This document shows, piece by piece, positions 1-10,835 of a DNA stretch of 64,000 bases. The DNA is from Ferruginibacter sp. (lineage in GTDB: Bacteria > Bacteroidota > Bacteroidia > Chitinophagales > Chitinophagaceae), in assembly GCA_035438265.1 (NCBI GenBank), contig DAORIB010000002.1:3895-67894 (forward strand), given 5' to 3'. Numbering within the stretch: the stretch's first letter is position 1; the number at the start of each line of letters is the position of its first letter. The position numbers and the translations under genes were made by a program. Below the pieces are notes generated by a model that ran no database searches, had not been told where the DNA came from, and saw only the letters and a list, made by a program, of their open reading frames with translations.

Positions 1-1569
1 CGATCGTTTGATGGCTTCGTCCGATGCATTCATGGTTTCAAAATACCCTTCATTGCGCCATAACTGGCGGGCAATGGAAGAACGGAGGCGGTTCACCAGG
101 TCTGCTTTTCCCTTTCCACTTACCTCAATAAGATTTACAGAATCCCGGGCGGCTGCTTCCACGAACCGGTTCCAGTCATCGTCCGAAAAAACAAATCCGG
201 TTGCAAAATCACCGGGGTTTTTAAATGTTTTCAGGGCAGTCTGGTGCTGCAGGTAATAATGATAGGCAAAATTGCTGATGGTATTCTTGCCGTAAATTTT
301 CGCCGCATCGCCGCTGAAACCGGTAGTGTCCAGTGCAATGAAATAATCGGGTGTGATGCCGCCACCACCATATACTTTTTTGCCGTTCTTTGTTTTATAT
401 ACTTTGCTGGTATCATTCTTCACCGAGTCGGCGTACTGCGTTTCGCCATCGTGGTAGCGGTTGGCGATCTCATCATAATACACCCTGGTTCCATTGCTGT
501 AGGAGCGTTGTATACTACGCCCGATAGGAGTATAATAGCGGGCTACAGTAAGCCGTAAAGCGCTTTTATCACTCAGGTCAAACTGTTCCTGCACCAGGCC
601 CTTGCCAAACGACCTGCGGCCCACGATGGTGGCACGGTCCCAGTCCTGCAGGGCGCCGATTAATATTTCACTGGCACTGGCCGTACCCTCATCAGCCAGT
701 ACAACCAGCGGCCCTTTTTCAAACTGGCCTTCACGCCTGCAGCGGTATTCTTTTTTATCGGTGTGTTTTCCTTCGGTATAGGTGATGAGTTTATCACCGT
801 CCAGGAACTCATCGGCAATTTCAACAGCCTCGTCCAGCACACCGCCGCCATTGCCGCGCAGGTCAAGTACCAGTTTCTGCAGCCCGGCTTTTTTCAGATC
901 CTGCAGGGCCAGCATAAACTCCCGGTAAGTTTGTGTGGAGAATTTATTGAGGCGGATATAACCCACACCGGGTGCAATTATGTAACTGGCATCCACACTG
1001 CTGAGTGGAATAGCATCCCGTTTAATGGTGGTTTTCCTCTGTTCGTTGCCGCGTAAATAAGTAATGGTTACTTCTGAACCCCGGTCGCCCCGCAGAAATT
1101 TGCGGAAAGTATCAGCGCCGGTTTTCTTACCCGCAACAATGCTGTCGCCCACCTTCAGGAATTTATCACCGATGAGTAACCCGGCTTTTTCACTGGGACC
1201 GTCCTTGAGTACATTGATTACATTCAGTGTATCGTCGAAAATCGTAAACTCAATGCCAATGCCGAAGAATTTACCGGCCAGGTCCTCATTCACCTGCTGC
1301 AGTTCTTCGGCAGGAATGAAAACGGAGTGGGGGTCCAGTTTGCTGAGCATGGCTTCAATGGCTGTATCGGCGAGGGACTCCATTTTCACGTCATCCACGT
1401 AGCGGTTTTTGATCAGGTCCATGATCTCCTGGATAGGCCGGCGCTTTTCCAGTGAAAAAAAACCACGACCGGGCATATTGTCTCTCATCTTGTATCCCAT
1501 ATACATACCCACGATCATGGTGATACTGAAAAGCAGGGGCAGCCAAACCTGTATCTTTTTATTGTTCAT
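1..1569 (-). CDS. S41 family carboxy-terminal processing protease (CtpA/Prc-like); 3' end lies outside the window
   Basis: Manual translation from ATG at 1569 (MNNKKIQVWLPLLFSITMIVG...) stays open to position 1. It contains a PDZ-like region, GYIRLNKFS, TASASEIL (catalytic Ser motif) and GRRSFGKGLVQ. Absent from the ORF track because there is no stop in the window. Confidence 0.9.
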   Translation of the reverse strand, partial: MNNKKIQVWLPLLFSITMIVGMYMGYKMRDNMPGRGFFSLEKRRPIQEIMDLIKNRYVDDVKMESLADTAIEAMLSKLDPHSVFIPAEELQQVNEDLAGKFFGIGIEFTIFDDTLNVINVLKDGPSEKAGLLIGDKFLKVGDSIVAGKKTGADTFRKFLRGDRGSEVTITYLRGNEQRKTTIKRDAIPLSSVDASYIIAPGVGYIRLNKFSTQTYREFMLALQDLKKAGLQKLVLDLRGNGGGVLDEAVEIADEFLDGDKLITYTEGKHTDKKEYRCRREGQFEKGPLVVLADEGTASASEILIGALQDWDRATIVGRRSFGKGLVQEQFDLSDKSALRLTVARYYTPIGRSIQRSYSNGTRVYYDEIANRYHDGETQYADSVKNDTSKVYKTKNGKKVYGGGGITPDYFIALDTTGFSGDAAKIYGKNTISNFAYHYYLQHQTALKTFKNPGDFATGFVFSDDDWNRFVEAAARDSVNLIEVSGKGKADLVNRLRSSIARQLWRNEGYFETMNASDEAIKRS

Positions 1570-1663
1570 GTTGCGAAGTTAATTTTTTGATACGAACCGC
1601 TGATAAATTCCGGCAAATTCATTCCAATGAATTAACTTCAATGTATAATCTTGTAACGATTCA

Positions 1664-2506
1664 ATGCCGATCAAACTAATTGCCGACAGTGGCTCCACCA
1701 AAACAGAATGGTGTTTGCTGAACGGGAAATCCGTCCGCACTTGGTACACACAGGGGCTTAGTCCTTATTTCCTTTCTGCCGAACAGATCGAATACATCAT
1801 TACCGAAGAACTGAAACCAAAAATGAAAAAGGCCGAACCGGATGAGATCTATTTCTACGGTACCGGCTGCAGCAATGCCGAAAACGTGAAGCTGGTAAAG
1901 AAAGCCATCCAGAAAGTTTTCACAGGGGCAAAAGAAGTTTCTGTTGACCACGACCTGATGGGGGCGGCCAAGGCTTTATGCGGACACGAAAAAGGAGTGG
2001 CCTGTATCCTGGGCACCGGTTCCAATTCCTGTTATTATAACGGCAAGAAGATCATGAAGAACAGTCCTGGCCTGGGCTATGTACTGGGCGATGAAGGCAG
2101 CGGCGCTTACCTGGGCCGTAAAGTGATCCAGTATTTTTTATACAAAACATTCGACGGCGACCTGATGGATCGCTTCCAGGCAAAATTCAATACCAGCAGC
2201 GATGAGATACTCACGGCAGTATATAAAAAACCATTGCCCAACCGCTACCTGGCTTCTTTTGCCATTTTTTTGGCTGAGAACCGCGGGCATTACATGGTGG
2301 AGAACATCATCGAGGACGGGTTCAATGATTTTTTCTTTAACCATATTTATAAATACCGCGAAAGCTGGACATTACCCATTCATTTTACCGGCAGCGTGGC
2401 CTGGGGATTCCGGGACGTGCTGAAAGACCTTTGTCATTCGTATGAACTGGAACTGGGTAAAGTAATCAAAAAGCCCATGGACGGGCTGGTAAAATTTCAC
2501 CGATAA
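1664..2506 (+). CDS. BadF/BadG/BcrA/BcrD-family amino-sugar kinase (GlcNAc/MurNAc kinase, MurK-like)
   Basis: IADSGSTKTEW phosphate-1 motif, ILGTGSNSC, LGDEGSGAYLG; directly upstream of murQ. Confidence 0.85.
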   Translation: MPIKLIADSGSTKTEWCLLNGKSVRTWYTQGLSPYFLSAEQIEYIITEELKPKMKKAEPDEIYFYGTGCSNAENVKLVKKAIQKVFTGAKEVSVDHDLMGAAKALCGHEKGVACILGTGSNSCYYNGKKIMKNSPGLGYVLGDEGSGAYLGRKVIQYFLYKTFDGDLMDRFQAKFNTSSDEILTAVYKKPLPNRYLASFAIFLAENRGHYMVENIIEDGFNDFFFNHIYKYRESWTLPIHFTGSVAWGFRDVLKDLCHSYELELGKVIKKPMDGLVKFHR

Positions 2507-2514
2507 AAGAATTT

Positions 2515-3330
2515 ATGGCCTTTAAACAAATAACCGAATCTTCGTCACCATACCGGCACCTCGAAAAGATGCCCATACAGGATATCCTTACGAATATCAA
2601 CAAAGAAGACAAAATAGTACCGGCAGCCATTGAACAGGTAATTCCCAACGTGGAGCAGCTGGTAAATGCCATTGTGGATAAGATGCTGGTGGGTGGCCGT
2701 TTGTTTTACATCGGCGCAGGAACCAGCGGCAGGCTGGGCATTGTGGATGCCAGTGAATGCCCACCCACCTATGGCGTGCCGCATGGATTGGTGATTGGTA
2801 TTATTGCCGGCGGAAAAAAAGCCATCACCGAAGCCGTGGAGTTTGCCGAAGACGATGTGGAGCAGGGTTGGCTTGATCTGAAAGCATTTGATGTGAATGA
2901 AAAGGACGTGGTGATTGGTATAGCCGCCAGCGGAACCACCCCATACGTGATCAGCGCATTGAACCAATGCCGGGCACATCATATTGTTACCGGCAGCATC
3001 TGCTGCAATCCCGATGCGCCGCTGAGCGCCGCTTCCGATCACCCGATTGAAGTGGTGGTGGGTCCGGAGTTTGTTACCGGCAGTACCCGCATGAAAAGCG
3101 GCACGGCACAAAAACTTATTCTCAACATGATTTCCACCACCGTAATGATACAACTGGGCAGGGTGGAGGATAATAAGATGGTGAACATGCAGCTCACCAA
3201 TGATAAACTGGTTGACCGCGGCGTGAAGATGCTGATGGAAAAAACAGACATTGCAGATTATGAAACCGCCAAAGAACTTCTGCTGAAAACCGGAAGTGTT
3301 AAAAAGGCCGTAGAGAGCCGCCACACATAA
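2515..3330 (+). CDS. murQ: N-acetylmuramic acid 6-phosphate etherase
   Basis: GAGTSGRLG, DASECPPTYG, GPEFVTGSTRMKSGTAQKLILNMIST SIS-domain signatures. Confidence 0.95.
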   Translation: MAFKQITESSSPYRHLEKMPIQDILTNINKEDKIVPAAIEQVIPNVEQLVNAIVDKMLVGGRLFYIGAGTSGRLGIVDASECPPTYGVPHGLVIGIIAGGKKAITEAVEFAEDDVEQGWLDLKAFDVNEKDVVIGIAASGTTPYVISALNQCRAHHIVTGSICCNPDAPLSAASDHPIEVVVGPEFVTGSTRMKSGTAQKLILNMISTTVMIQLGRVEDNKMVNMQLTNDKLVDRGVKMLMEKTDIADYETAKELLLKTGSVKKAVESRHT

Positions 3331-3404
3331 AAAAATCTTGGAAGGATTATGTAATTTGACTAATTTACGTATCATATCGTATTAGTCATACAAAAACTCC
3401 TCTT

Positions 3405-4637
3405 ATGAATCGTAAACTTCTACTCTCCTCAATTTTTATTGCAGCTGGTTTGGTTTCTGCGGCACAGGATGCCAACAGAACTTTTGCCATTACCGGCGAC
3501 GGCAACGGCGATTTTTTGTGGATGAATATCCGCCAGGTGGATATCGGCTCCGGTAAGATCACGCAGGATGTATTCCAGCGAAATAAGTCTACCTATGTGA
3601 TGATGGATGCCGATAACAAACAATCCATTGCAAAATCCGGGTTGGCTTTTCCAACAGCCACCATGGTGGCCGCTGCAGCCTACGATAAAAATCATGATAA
3701 ACTATTCTTTACGCCCATGCGTATCGGCGAACTGCGCTGGTTGGATCTGAATGCAAAAGGCGATGAACGGAAATTTTATACCCTCCAGTCTTCCTTGCTG
3801 AACTCCACCGAAAATGTGCGTGACGAAGCGAAGAATTTCACCCGCATGGTAATCAATGCCGACGGCAATGGCTATGCACTCACCAATGATGGCAACCGGC
3901 TGATCAGCTTCACCACCGGTAAGAAAGTTGTGATTACCGACCTGGGCGGACTGATCGATGATGAATCCAATAAAACCATTTCCATCCACAACCAGTGCAG
4001 CAGCTGGGGTGGCGATATGATTGCTGATGCTTACAATAAGCTCTACGTGATCTCTGCCAACCACTATGTGTTTTCTGTAGATGTGGAAAGCCGGATAGCT
4101 AAGTACATGGGTTACATCAACGGGCTGCCGGCCGGTTATTCAACCAATGGTGCTGCCGTTGATAAAGACGGAGCCGTTGTGGTGTGCAGTGCAAATATGT
4201 TCGCCGGTTATTACAAATTCAAAATGGGTGAATTCAATGCGGTAAAGATCGAAGGATCGGATATGGTATACAATGCATCCGACCTGGCAAATGGCAACCT
4301 GCTTTACCAGAAGGAAGCCGATGCAGCGAAGAATTTCGGTTCGGCTGATTTCAAAGCCGTGGTACCCGTGATTACCAACGAAGCACATATTTATCCCAAC
4401 CCGGTTACAACCGGCGAGTTCAAAATTTCTTTTGACGGCCAGCAGGCAGGCAGGTATAACGTGATCATTACCGACCTGAGCGGCAAAGCCATGATGACCC
4501 GTACCGTGAACATTGCTTCCAAAACGCAGGTGGAAACCATCCAGCTTAACCGAAGCTTTGCCAAAGGTGTTTTCATGGTAAAAGTAACCGACGCAAATAA
4601 TAAATTCATCTTTACTGAACGTATTGTAGTGCAGTAA
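3405..4637 (+). CDS. T9SS-secreted protein, probable beta-propeller with type A C-terminal sorting domain
   Basis: Signal peptide; repeated blade-like segments; C-terminal IYPNP...KGVFMVKV...TERIVVQ. Confidence 0.8.
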   Translation: MNRKLLLSSIFIAAGLVSAAQDANRTFAITGDGNGDFLWMNIRQVDIGSGKITQDVFQRNKSTYVMMDADNKQSIAKSGLAFPTATMVAAAAYDKNHDKLFFTPMRIGELRWLDLNAKGDERKFYTLQSSLLNSTENVRDEAKNFTRMVINADGNGYALTNDGNRLISFTTGKKVVITDLGGLIDDESNKTISIHNQCSSWGGDMIADAYNKLYVISANHYVFSVDVESRIAKYMGYINGLPAGYSTNGAAVDKDGAVVVCSANMFAGYYKFKMGEFNAVKIEGSDMVYNASDLANGNLLYQKEADAAKNFGSADFKAVVPVITNEAHIYPNPVTTGEFKISFDGQQAGRYNVIITDLSGKAMMTRTVNIASKTQVETIQLNRSFAKGVFMVKVTDANNKFIFTERIVVQ

Positions 4638-4659
4638 TACAACCTGATTAAATAAACAG

Positions 4660-4691
4660 GAGGTTGCCCCGAACGGCAACCTCTTTTTTTT
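4660..4691 (+). terminator. Rho-independent terminator
   Basis: GAGGTTGCC-ccgaac-GGCAACCTC followed by a T run. Confidence 0.85.
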
Positions 4692-4759
4692 ATAAAACCG
4701 GTGTATGTCTTTTCCATTTAATTCCCGGAAATTTGCAGCAGGCATCTGCCGCAGAACAT

Positions 4760-5323
4760 TTGCAGGACATAGAACCATATTACAACTGGAGACATCTTTA
4801 TACCGCCGAGGAAGATGAGCGTTCGCCCTTTTACCGGAGAACCTACAGCGAATTTGAATTTTCCCACACGGTATATAATTATTTCATTCACCCGCAGTGG
4901 GATGAATTCGGTTCCCGTACGCTGTACATGAAGATCCTGTTTGCGGACTATGAACAAAGCTATGCCATCATTGAATTACTGGGCGAATGGAACGACGCCA
5001 TTGAAAACGACATTATGACCCTTCGCAGAGACATCACCGACATCATGTTTGCCCAGGGCATCAGCAAATTCATTCTCATAGCCGAAAACGTACTGAACTT
5101 TCACAGCAGCGATGACAGCTATTACGAAGAATGGCGGGAACAACTGGAAGATTCAGGCGGCTGGGTGGTGATCCTGGATATGCCTTCCCAAAGCCAATAT
5201 GATTTTAAACAGGCCCGGCTTACCAATTATATTGAACTTATCGAATTTCCCCAGTGGCGTACACTCAAGCCCGAGCTTATCTTTCAGCAAATCGATAATA
5301 TGATGCTGCGCCGGATTAATTAA
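4760..5323 (+). CDS. Conserved Bacteroidota hypothetical protein
   Basis: ORF 4664..5323. The more likely start is TTG at 4760 (LQDIEPYYNWRHLY), because the upstream extension overlaps the terminator. Confidence 0.65.
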   Translation: MQDIEPYYNWRHLYTAEEDERSPFYRRTYSEFEFSHTVYNYFIHPQWDEFGSRTLYMKILFADYEQSYAIIELLGEWNDAIENDIMTLRRDITDIMFAQGISKFILIAENVLNFHSSDDSYYEEWREQLEDSGGWVVILDMPSQSQYDFKQARLTNYIELIEFPQWRTLKPELIFQQIDNMMLRRIN

Positions 5324-5396
5324 GTCAGGCATAATTACTGTTTTTGCCCGTCCTGCCGTATTTTTGTATCCCAACTAACAACCTAATGCTTTCGCT

Positions 5397-6065
5397 ATGA
5401 CCTGGAAACATTTTTTCACTTCTTCCATCGGTAAGAAACTGGTAATGGGCCTGACGGGGCTTTTTTTAATATCTTTCCTGGTGATCCACTGCACCATCAA
5501 TTCCATGATCTTTTTCAACGACGGGGGAGAGATGTTCAACATCTATGCTCATTTTATGAGCCACAATTACATCGTCCGGGTGATTGAAATCGGTTTATTT
5601 GCCGGGCTGCTGGTTCACATCATCCAGGGGTTGATGCTGATGAAACAGAACAGCGCCGCCCGTCCCGTGAAATACGAGGTAAATGCTGTAAGCGAAAACA
5701 GCAAATGGTACAGCCGCAGCATGGGATTACTGGGAACCCTATTACTGTTTTTCCTCATCCTGCATATTTCCAAATTTTTTGTCAATACCAAGATAGCCCT
5801 GTACAGCGGCGATGAACCGCACAATACCTACGAAGAAATGAAAGAATACTTTCAGCAGTTGTGGGTGGTAGTCGCTTATATAGCCGGTGTTGTTTCTTTG
5901 TTCTGGCATTTGCTGCACGGGTTTCCCAGCGCCTTTCAAACACTGGGCATTAACCACAAACGCTATACCCCCATCATCCAAATGGCCGGCACGGCATTTT
6001 CCGTTATTGTGTGCATCCTGTTTGCGCTGATGCCCCTTGCCTTTTATCTTGGCTGGATCAATTAA
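5397..6065 (+). CDS. sdhC: Succinate dehydrogenase/fumarate reductase cytochrome b subunit
   Basis: [16 protein letters not shown], five hydrophobic helices, haem-ligand His residues (VIHC, LVHI, ILHI, WHLLHGF); first gene of sdh operon. Confidence 0.93.
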   Translation: MTWKHFFTSSIGKKLVMGLTGLFLISFLVIHCTINSMIFFNDGGEMFNIYAHFMSHNYIVRVIEIGLFAGLLVHIIQGLMLMKQNSAARPVKYEVNAVSENSKWYSRSMGLLGTLLLFFLILHISKFFVNTKIALYSGDEPHNTYEEMKEYFQQLWVVVAYIAGVVSLFWHLLHGFPSAFQTLGINHKRYTPIIQMAGTAFSVIVCILFALMPLAFYLGWIN

Positions 6066-6094
6066 CATTACCTAATCAACCAATCAACTATACC

Positions 6095-8071
6095 ATGGCT
6101 TTAGATTCTAAGATACCTCACGGCGAAATGGATAAAAAATGGACCGATTACAAAGGTCATGTGAAACTGGTTAATCCTGCCAACAAGCGTAAACTGGAAG
6201 TGATCGTTGTTGGAACCGGGCTTGCCGGCGCTTCGGCTGCCGCCTCCCTCGGCGAACTGGGATATAAAGTAAAAGCATTCTGTTTCCAGGACAGTCCACG
6301 CCGGGCGCACAGCATCGCCGCACAGGGTGGCATCAACGCTGCTAAAAATTACCAGAACGACGGGGATTCTGTTTTCCGCCTGTTTTATGATACGGTGAAG
6401 GGTGGCGACTACCGGGCAAGAGAAGCCAATGTTCACCGCCTGGCCGAAGTTAGTGCTGCCATCATTGATCAATGTGTGGCCCAGGGTGTTCCCTTCGCCA
6501 GGGAATATGGTGGATTATTAAGTAACCGCAGTTTTGGAGGTACACAGGTACAACGCACTTTTTATGCAGCCGGGCAAACCGGTCAGCAGTTACTGCTGGG
6601 TGCATACAGTGCATTGGAACGCCAGGTTGCCCTGGGCAATGTTACTCAGTATAGCCGACATGAAATGCTCGACGTGGTAATGATTGATGGAAAAGCACGG
6701 GGCATCATTGCCCGGGACCTTATCTCCGGTAAACTGGAACGGCATTTTGGACATGCGGTATTATTATGCACCGGCGGATACGGAAACGTTTTCTATTTAA
6801 GTACCAATGCCATGGGCAGCAATGTAACTGCAGCCTGGAAAGCGCATAAAAAGGGTGCCTTCTTCGGCAATCCCTGTTTTACACAGATACACCCCACCTG
6901 TATTCCCGTGAGCGGTGATCACCAGAGTAAGCTGACACTGATGAGTGAGAGTTTGCGTAACGACGGACGTATATGGGTACCCAAACAAAAAGATGATAAA
7001 CGCAAGGCAGTAGACATACCGGAAGAGGAAAGAGATTATTACCTCGAAAGAAGATACCCTGCCTTTGGTAACCTGGTGCCCCGGGACGTGGCATCAAGGG
7101 CCGCCAAAGAAAGATGTGATGAAGGGTATGGCGTGGGCACAACAAAAATGGCTGTGTACCTCGACTTTGCCGATGCCATCAAACGCTATGGAAAAATCGA
7201 AGCCGGTAAACAGGGCAATCACAATCCTGATGATGCCAGCATCCTCAGCCTGGGCAAAGCAGTTGTGGAGGAAAAATACGGTAACCTTTTCGAGATGTAT
7301 GAAAAGATCACCGGTGAAAATCCGTACGAAACGCCGATGCGCATTTACCCGGCGGTGCATTATACCATGGGCGGACTGTGGGTAGATTATGAATTACAAA
7401 CAACCGTTCCGGGATTATATGCACTGGGAGAAGCCAACTTCAGCGACCACGGCGCCAACAGGCTGGGGGCCAGTGCGCTCATGCAGGGATTGGCCGATGG
7501 ATACTTCGTTATTCCGTACACATTGGGCAATTACCTGGCAGATGATATCCGCACGGCATCGATCCCCACGTCTCATCCGGCATTTGCAGAAACAGAGAAA
7601 GCCGTAAGCGACCGCATCCATCAACTGATGAATATTAAAGGAAGCCAGAGCGTGGAAAGTTTTCACAAACGCCTCGGTAAGATCATGTGGGATAAATGCG
7701 GTATGGCACGCAATGCTAAAGGATTACAGGAAGCGATCGGGGAGATCCAGCAACTGAAAAAAGAATTCTGGAGCGATGTACGGATACCCGGCGAAATAAA
7801 TGAAATGAACCCGGAACTGGACAAAGCCGGCCGGGTAGCTGATTTTATTGAACTGGGTGAGCTGATGTGCAAAGATGCCCTGAACCGCAATGAAAGCTGC
7901 GGCGGGCACTTCCGTGAAGAGTCACAAACCGAAGACGGTGAAGCAAAACGCGACGATGCCAATTTCAGTTATGTGGCAGCCTGGGAATACAAGGGTGAAA
8001 GCAACTGGGAGATGAATAAGGAGCCGTTGAATTTTGAAATTGTGAAGCCAACGCAGCGGAGTTACAAGTAA
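6095..8071 (+). CDS. sdhA: Succinate dehydrogenase/fumarate reductase flavoprotein subunit
   Basis: [11 protein letters not shown] motif, [38 protein letters not shown]; true start MALDSK at 6095. Confidence 0.97.
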   Translation: MALDSKIPHGEMDKKWTDYKGHVKLVNPANKRKLEVIVVGTGLAGASAAASLGELGYKVKAFCFQDSPRRAHSIAAQGGINAAKNYQNDGDSVFRLFYDTVKGGDYRAREANVHRLAEVSAAIIDQCVAQGVPFAREYGGLLSNRSFGGTQVQRTFYAAGQTGQQLLLGAYSALERQVALGNVTQYSRHEMLDVVMIDGKARGIIARDLISGKLERHFGHAVLLCTGGYGNVFYLSTNAMGSNVTAAWKAHKKGAFFGNPCFTQIHPTCIPVSGDHQSKLTLMSESLRNDGRIWVPKQKDDKRKAVDIPEEERDYYLERRYPAFGNLVPRDVASRAAKERCDEGYGVGTTKMAVYLDFADAIKRYGKIEAGKQGNHNPDDASILSLGKAVVEEKYGNLFEMYEKITGENPYETPMRIYPAVHYTMGGLWVDYELQTTVPGLYALGEANFSDHGANRLGASALMQGLADGYFVIPYTLGNYLADDIRTASIPTSHPAFAETEKAVSDRIHQLMNIKGSQSVESFHKRLGKIMWDKCGMARNAKGLQEAIGEIQQLKKEFWSDVRIPGEINEMNPELDKAGRVADFIELGELMCKDALNRNESCGGHFREESQTEDGEAKRDDANFSYVAAWEYKGESNWEMNKEPLNFEIVKPTQRSYK

Positions 8072-8183
8072 TAATTAATTTAGTAATTAAGGATTAATAG
8101 TTAAGTTTTTTTCGGAACAGGGAGTATGCAAGTCAGTAACGGCATTTTGTATTGAGGGAATTATTCATTATTTATTCTTAATT

Positions 8184-9068
8184 ATGAAAGTAAGTGGATT
8201 CACGTTTGTAAAGAATGCCGTGAAATATGGCTACCCGGTTGTTGAATCCATTACATCGCTTTTGCCGATTGTGGATGAAATGGTGGTTTGCCTGGGGGAT
8301 TCGGAAGACGAAACAAATAAGCTCATTGAATCAATAGGCTCTGACAAAATAAAGATCATTCATTCCGTATGGGACAACAGCCTGCGGGAAGGAGGTAAAG
8401 TGCTGGCGGTGGAAACCAACAAAGCCATGGATGCAACCGCCGCCGGAAGTGACTGGCTCTTTTACATACAGGCCGATGAAGTACTGCACGAACAGTATCA
8501 CCCGGTGATACTGGATGCGATGCGGAAGTATAAAGATGATAAACGGGTGGAAGGGTTGTTATTCCACTACCATCATTTTTACGGCAGTTACAGATTAATC
8601 GGCGATGGCAGAAAATGGTACTCGAAAGAGATCCGGGTGATCCGCAACAATAAAAAGATCCGCAGTTATCTCGATGCGCAGGGATTCAGGCTGGATGACC
8701 GGAAGCTGAATGTAAAACTGATCGATGCCTATATCTATCATTACGGCTGGGTACGCAACCCGGTAGCGATGAAAAAAAAGTATACCGACTTCAGCAAACT
8801 GTGGAATGAAGACCCTGTTCATAATGCCTGGGTGGCTGAAGAGGAGAAAAAGGGGCAGCAGTTCGATTATTCCAGCATCGACTCCGTAACTCTCTTCAAT
8901 GGTACCCACCCGGCAGTAATGAAAGAGCTGGTAAGTAAGGAAGACTGGAACTTTGAGATTGACGTAAAGAAAAAAAACTTCAAAAATACAAAGCACAGGC
9001 TCCTGTATTTTATCTGGAAGAATTTTGGATGGAGGCCATTTGAGTACAGTAATTATAAAAAGATTTAA
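8184..9068 (+). CDS. GT-A fold (GT2-like) glycosyltransferase inserted between sdhA and sdhB
   Basis: MKVSGFTFVKNA, DSEDET, WLFYIQADEVLHE (DXD-like), IYHYGWVR. Confidence 0.8.
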   Translation: MKVSGFTFVKNAVKYGYPVVESITSLLPIVDEMVVCLGDSEDETNKLIESIGSDKIKIIHSVWDNSLREGGKVLAVETNKAMDATAAGSDWLFYIQADEVLHEQYHPVILDAMRKYKDDKRVEGLLFHYHHFYGSYRLIGDGRKWYSKEIRVIRNNKKIRSYLDAQGFRLDDRKLNVKLIDAYIYHYGWVRNPVAMKKKYTDFSKLWNEDPVHNAWVAEEEKKGQQFDYSSIDSVTLFNGTHPAVMKELVSKEDWNFEIDVKKKNFKNTKHRLLYFIWKNFGWRPFEYSNYKKI

Positions 9069-9123
9069 CTGATTAAATCATCAGTAACAACCAAGCAATT
9101 CAGCAGTTAAGCAATTTATCTAT

Positions 9124-9885
9124 ATGGAACACTACACAATGAACCTCACACTGAAAGTGTGGAAACAAAAGAACAGCACAGCAACCGGTAACTTTGAAAC
9201 CTACCAGGTAAAAGACATCTCCTCCGAAATGTCGTTCCTCGAATTATTCGATGTGCTGAATGAACAGCTGATCCGTGAAGGGAAAGACCCGATCGCTTTT
9301 GACCACGACTGCCGCGAAGGAATCTGCGGCGCCTGCAGCATGTACATCAACGGGCGGGCGCATGGTCCCTGGGCTAAGAATACCACCTGCCAGCTGCACA
9401 TGCGTGCATTCAAGGACGGGGATACCATTGTAGTGGAGCCATGGAGAGCCGGGGCCTTCCCCGTGATCAAAGACCTGATGGTTGACCGTACTGCTTTCGA
9501 CCGCATCATCCAGGCCGGTGGCTATATTTCGGTAAATACCGGCAACGCGGTTGACGCCAACGCCATTCCCATTGATAAAAAAGATGCGGATGATGCATTC
9601 ATGGCGGCGGCCTGCATCGGTTGCGGCGCCTGTGTAGCCACCTGTAAGAACAGCAGTGCCATGCTGTTTGTAAGTGCCAAAGTTTCGCAACTGGCTTTAT
9701 TGCCCCAGGGCGAACCGGAAAGGGAATCGAGGGTGCTGAACATGGTGGCGCAAATGGACAAAGAAGGTTTCGGCAACTGCACCAACACCTATGCCTGCGA
9801 AGCGGAATGTCCCAAAGGAATTTCCGTGGCAAATATTGCACGTATGAACAGGGAATACCTGCGGGCCGGACTCAATGCCGACTAA
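9124..9885 (+). CDS. sdhB: Succinate dehydrogenase/fumarate reductase iron-sulfur subunit
   Basis: [34 protein letters not shown]. Confidence 0.97.
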   Translation: MEHYTMNLTLKVWKQKNSTATGNFETYQVKDISSEMSFLELFDVLNEQLIREGKDPIAFDHDCREGICGACSMYINGRAHGPWAKNTTCQLHMRAFKDGDTIVVEPWRAGAFPVIKDLMVDRTAFDRIIQAGGYISVNTGNAVDANAIPIDKKDADDAFMAAACIGCGACVATCKNSSAMLFVSAKVSQLALLPQGEPERESRVLNMVAQMDKEGFGNCTNTYACEAECPKGISVANIARMNREYLRAGLNAD

Positions 9886-9890
9886 GCCGT

Positions 9891-10817
9891 TTATTTCTTT
9901 CTGAACTTTTTATTCTTGATGGTGAACACCCTCGACAGGTTGAAGCCAAAGTGTATATCTCCTTTAAAGAAGTCGCCCGTGGTTTCGGTAATGAAGGTCT
10001 TCTCCGTCATGCCGGTTGAGTTGGTGAAATGAAGCTGGAATACGTGACCACCTGTTTCGATATCAAACCCTACCGCCAGCGAATTTTTGGTGCCGGGTAA
10101 CCGGTAATCCTGTCCCTCTACCAGCGAGATAGGCAATACGTGATAATACTCCACATTGAAGCTTAGCCGTTTCGACAACTTGATTCTTCCTCCGGCGCCC
10201 AGTGCAAAAATATCATTGGGGTCGGTTGCTGCCTGTGCCAGGTTATAATGCACGTACGACGGCATCAGCTGCAGGGAAAGACCTTCGCTGAATTTACGGG
10301 CGATGATCAGCTGGTGTGCATAGGTGATGCGTGAGGTATAATAGTTCTGTCGTTTGGGGTCTTCCCATTTCAGCGTATTGAGCATAACAGAAGAAGTGGC
10401 GCTGATGGAAATGGGTGAAGAACCACGCCCGCCTTTTGACTGGCGCAGGATCTTGAATTTATAATACGCATCGTATTGTTTCTGGTAGGTGCTGCGGCCG
10501 ATACCCACCATCAGCCGGTTGGATATGCCATAATCGAGCCCCATCCGCATGGTGGCCTGGTCGAGCCCGAAGAACTCATACGAGCCACGGTTCACCATGC
10601 CAAAGCGGTGAGAAATCTTAACGTCCATCACACCGGCTGCCACGTTCTCGATCGATTGACCATTGATCAGCCGGGTGGTTTTAAACGTAGCCGTAGCATA
10701 ATCTTTTTTTCGTTCTTTTTTACTTTCATTTTCCAGCATTTTCATCAGGTCGTCCTGTGCACGCAGCAAGGGCGAAAGAAGATTCAGCAGGAGAAACAAT
10801 ACGAGGTATTTTTTCAT
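9891..10817 (-). CDS. DUF5777-like outer-membrane beta-barrel protein
   Basis: Signal peptide, ATFKTTRLINGQS, ISHRFG, alternating beta-strands, DIETGGHVFQLHFTN, GFNLSRVF. Confidence 0.75.
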   Translation of the reverse strand: MKKYLVLFLLLNLLSPLLRAQDDLMKMLENESKKERKKDYATATFKTTRLINGQSIENVAAGVMDVKISHRFGMVNRGSYEFFGLDQATMRMGLDYGISNRLMVGIGRSTYQKQYDAYYKFKILRQSKGGRGSSPISISATSSVMLNTLKWEDPKRQNYYTSRITYAHQLIIARKFSEGLSLQLMPSYVHYNLAQAATDPNDIFALGAGGRIKLSKRLSFNVEYYHVLPISLVEGQDYRLPGTKNSLAVGFDIETGGHVFQLHFTNSTGMTEKTFITETTGDFFKGDIHFGFNLSRVFTIKNKKFRKK

Positions 10818-10835
10818 GATCAGGATTTTAACGGG

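Noticed and set aside
8-1402. Plus-strand ORFs at the window start and the many antisense ORFs over long genes
   Set aside because: Shadow frames of genuine opposite-strand genes, with no independent motifs.
6011-6094. Long N-terminal extensions in the ORF track (sdhA; also YceI 11492, holA 27755, rpsO 36980, M48 41525, SRPBCC 59406)
   Set aside because: They overlap upstream genes or promoters and precede the recognisable family N-terminus; downstream starts were used.
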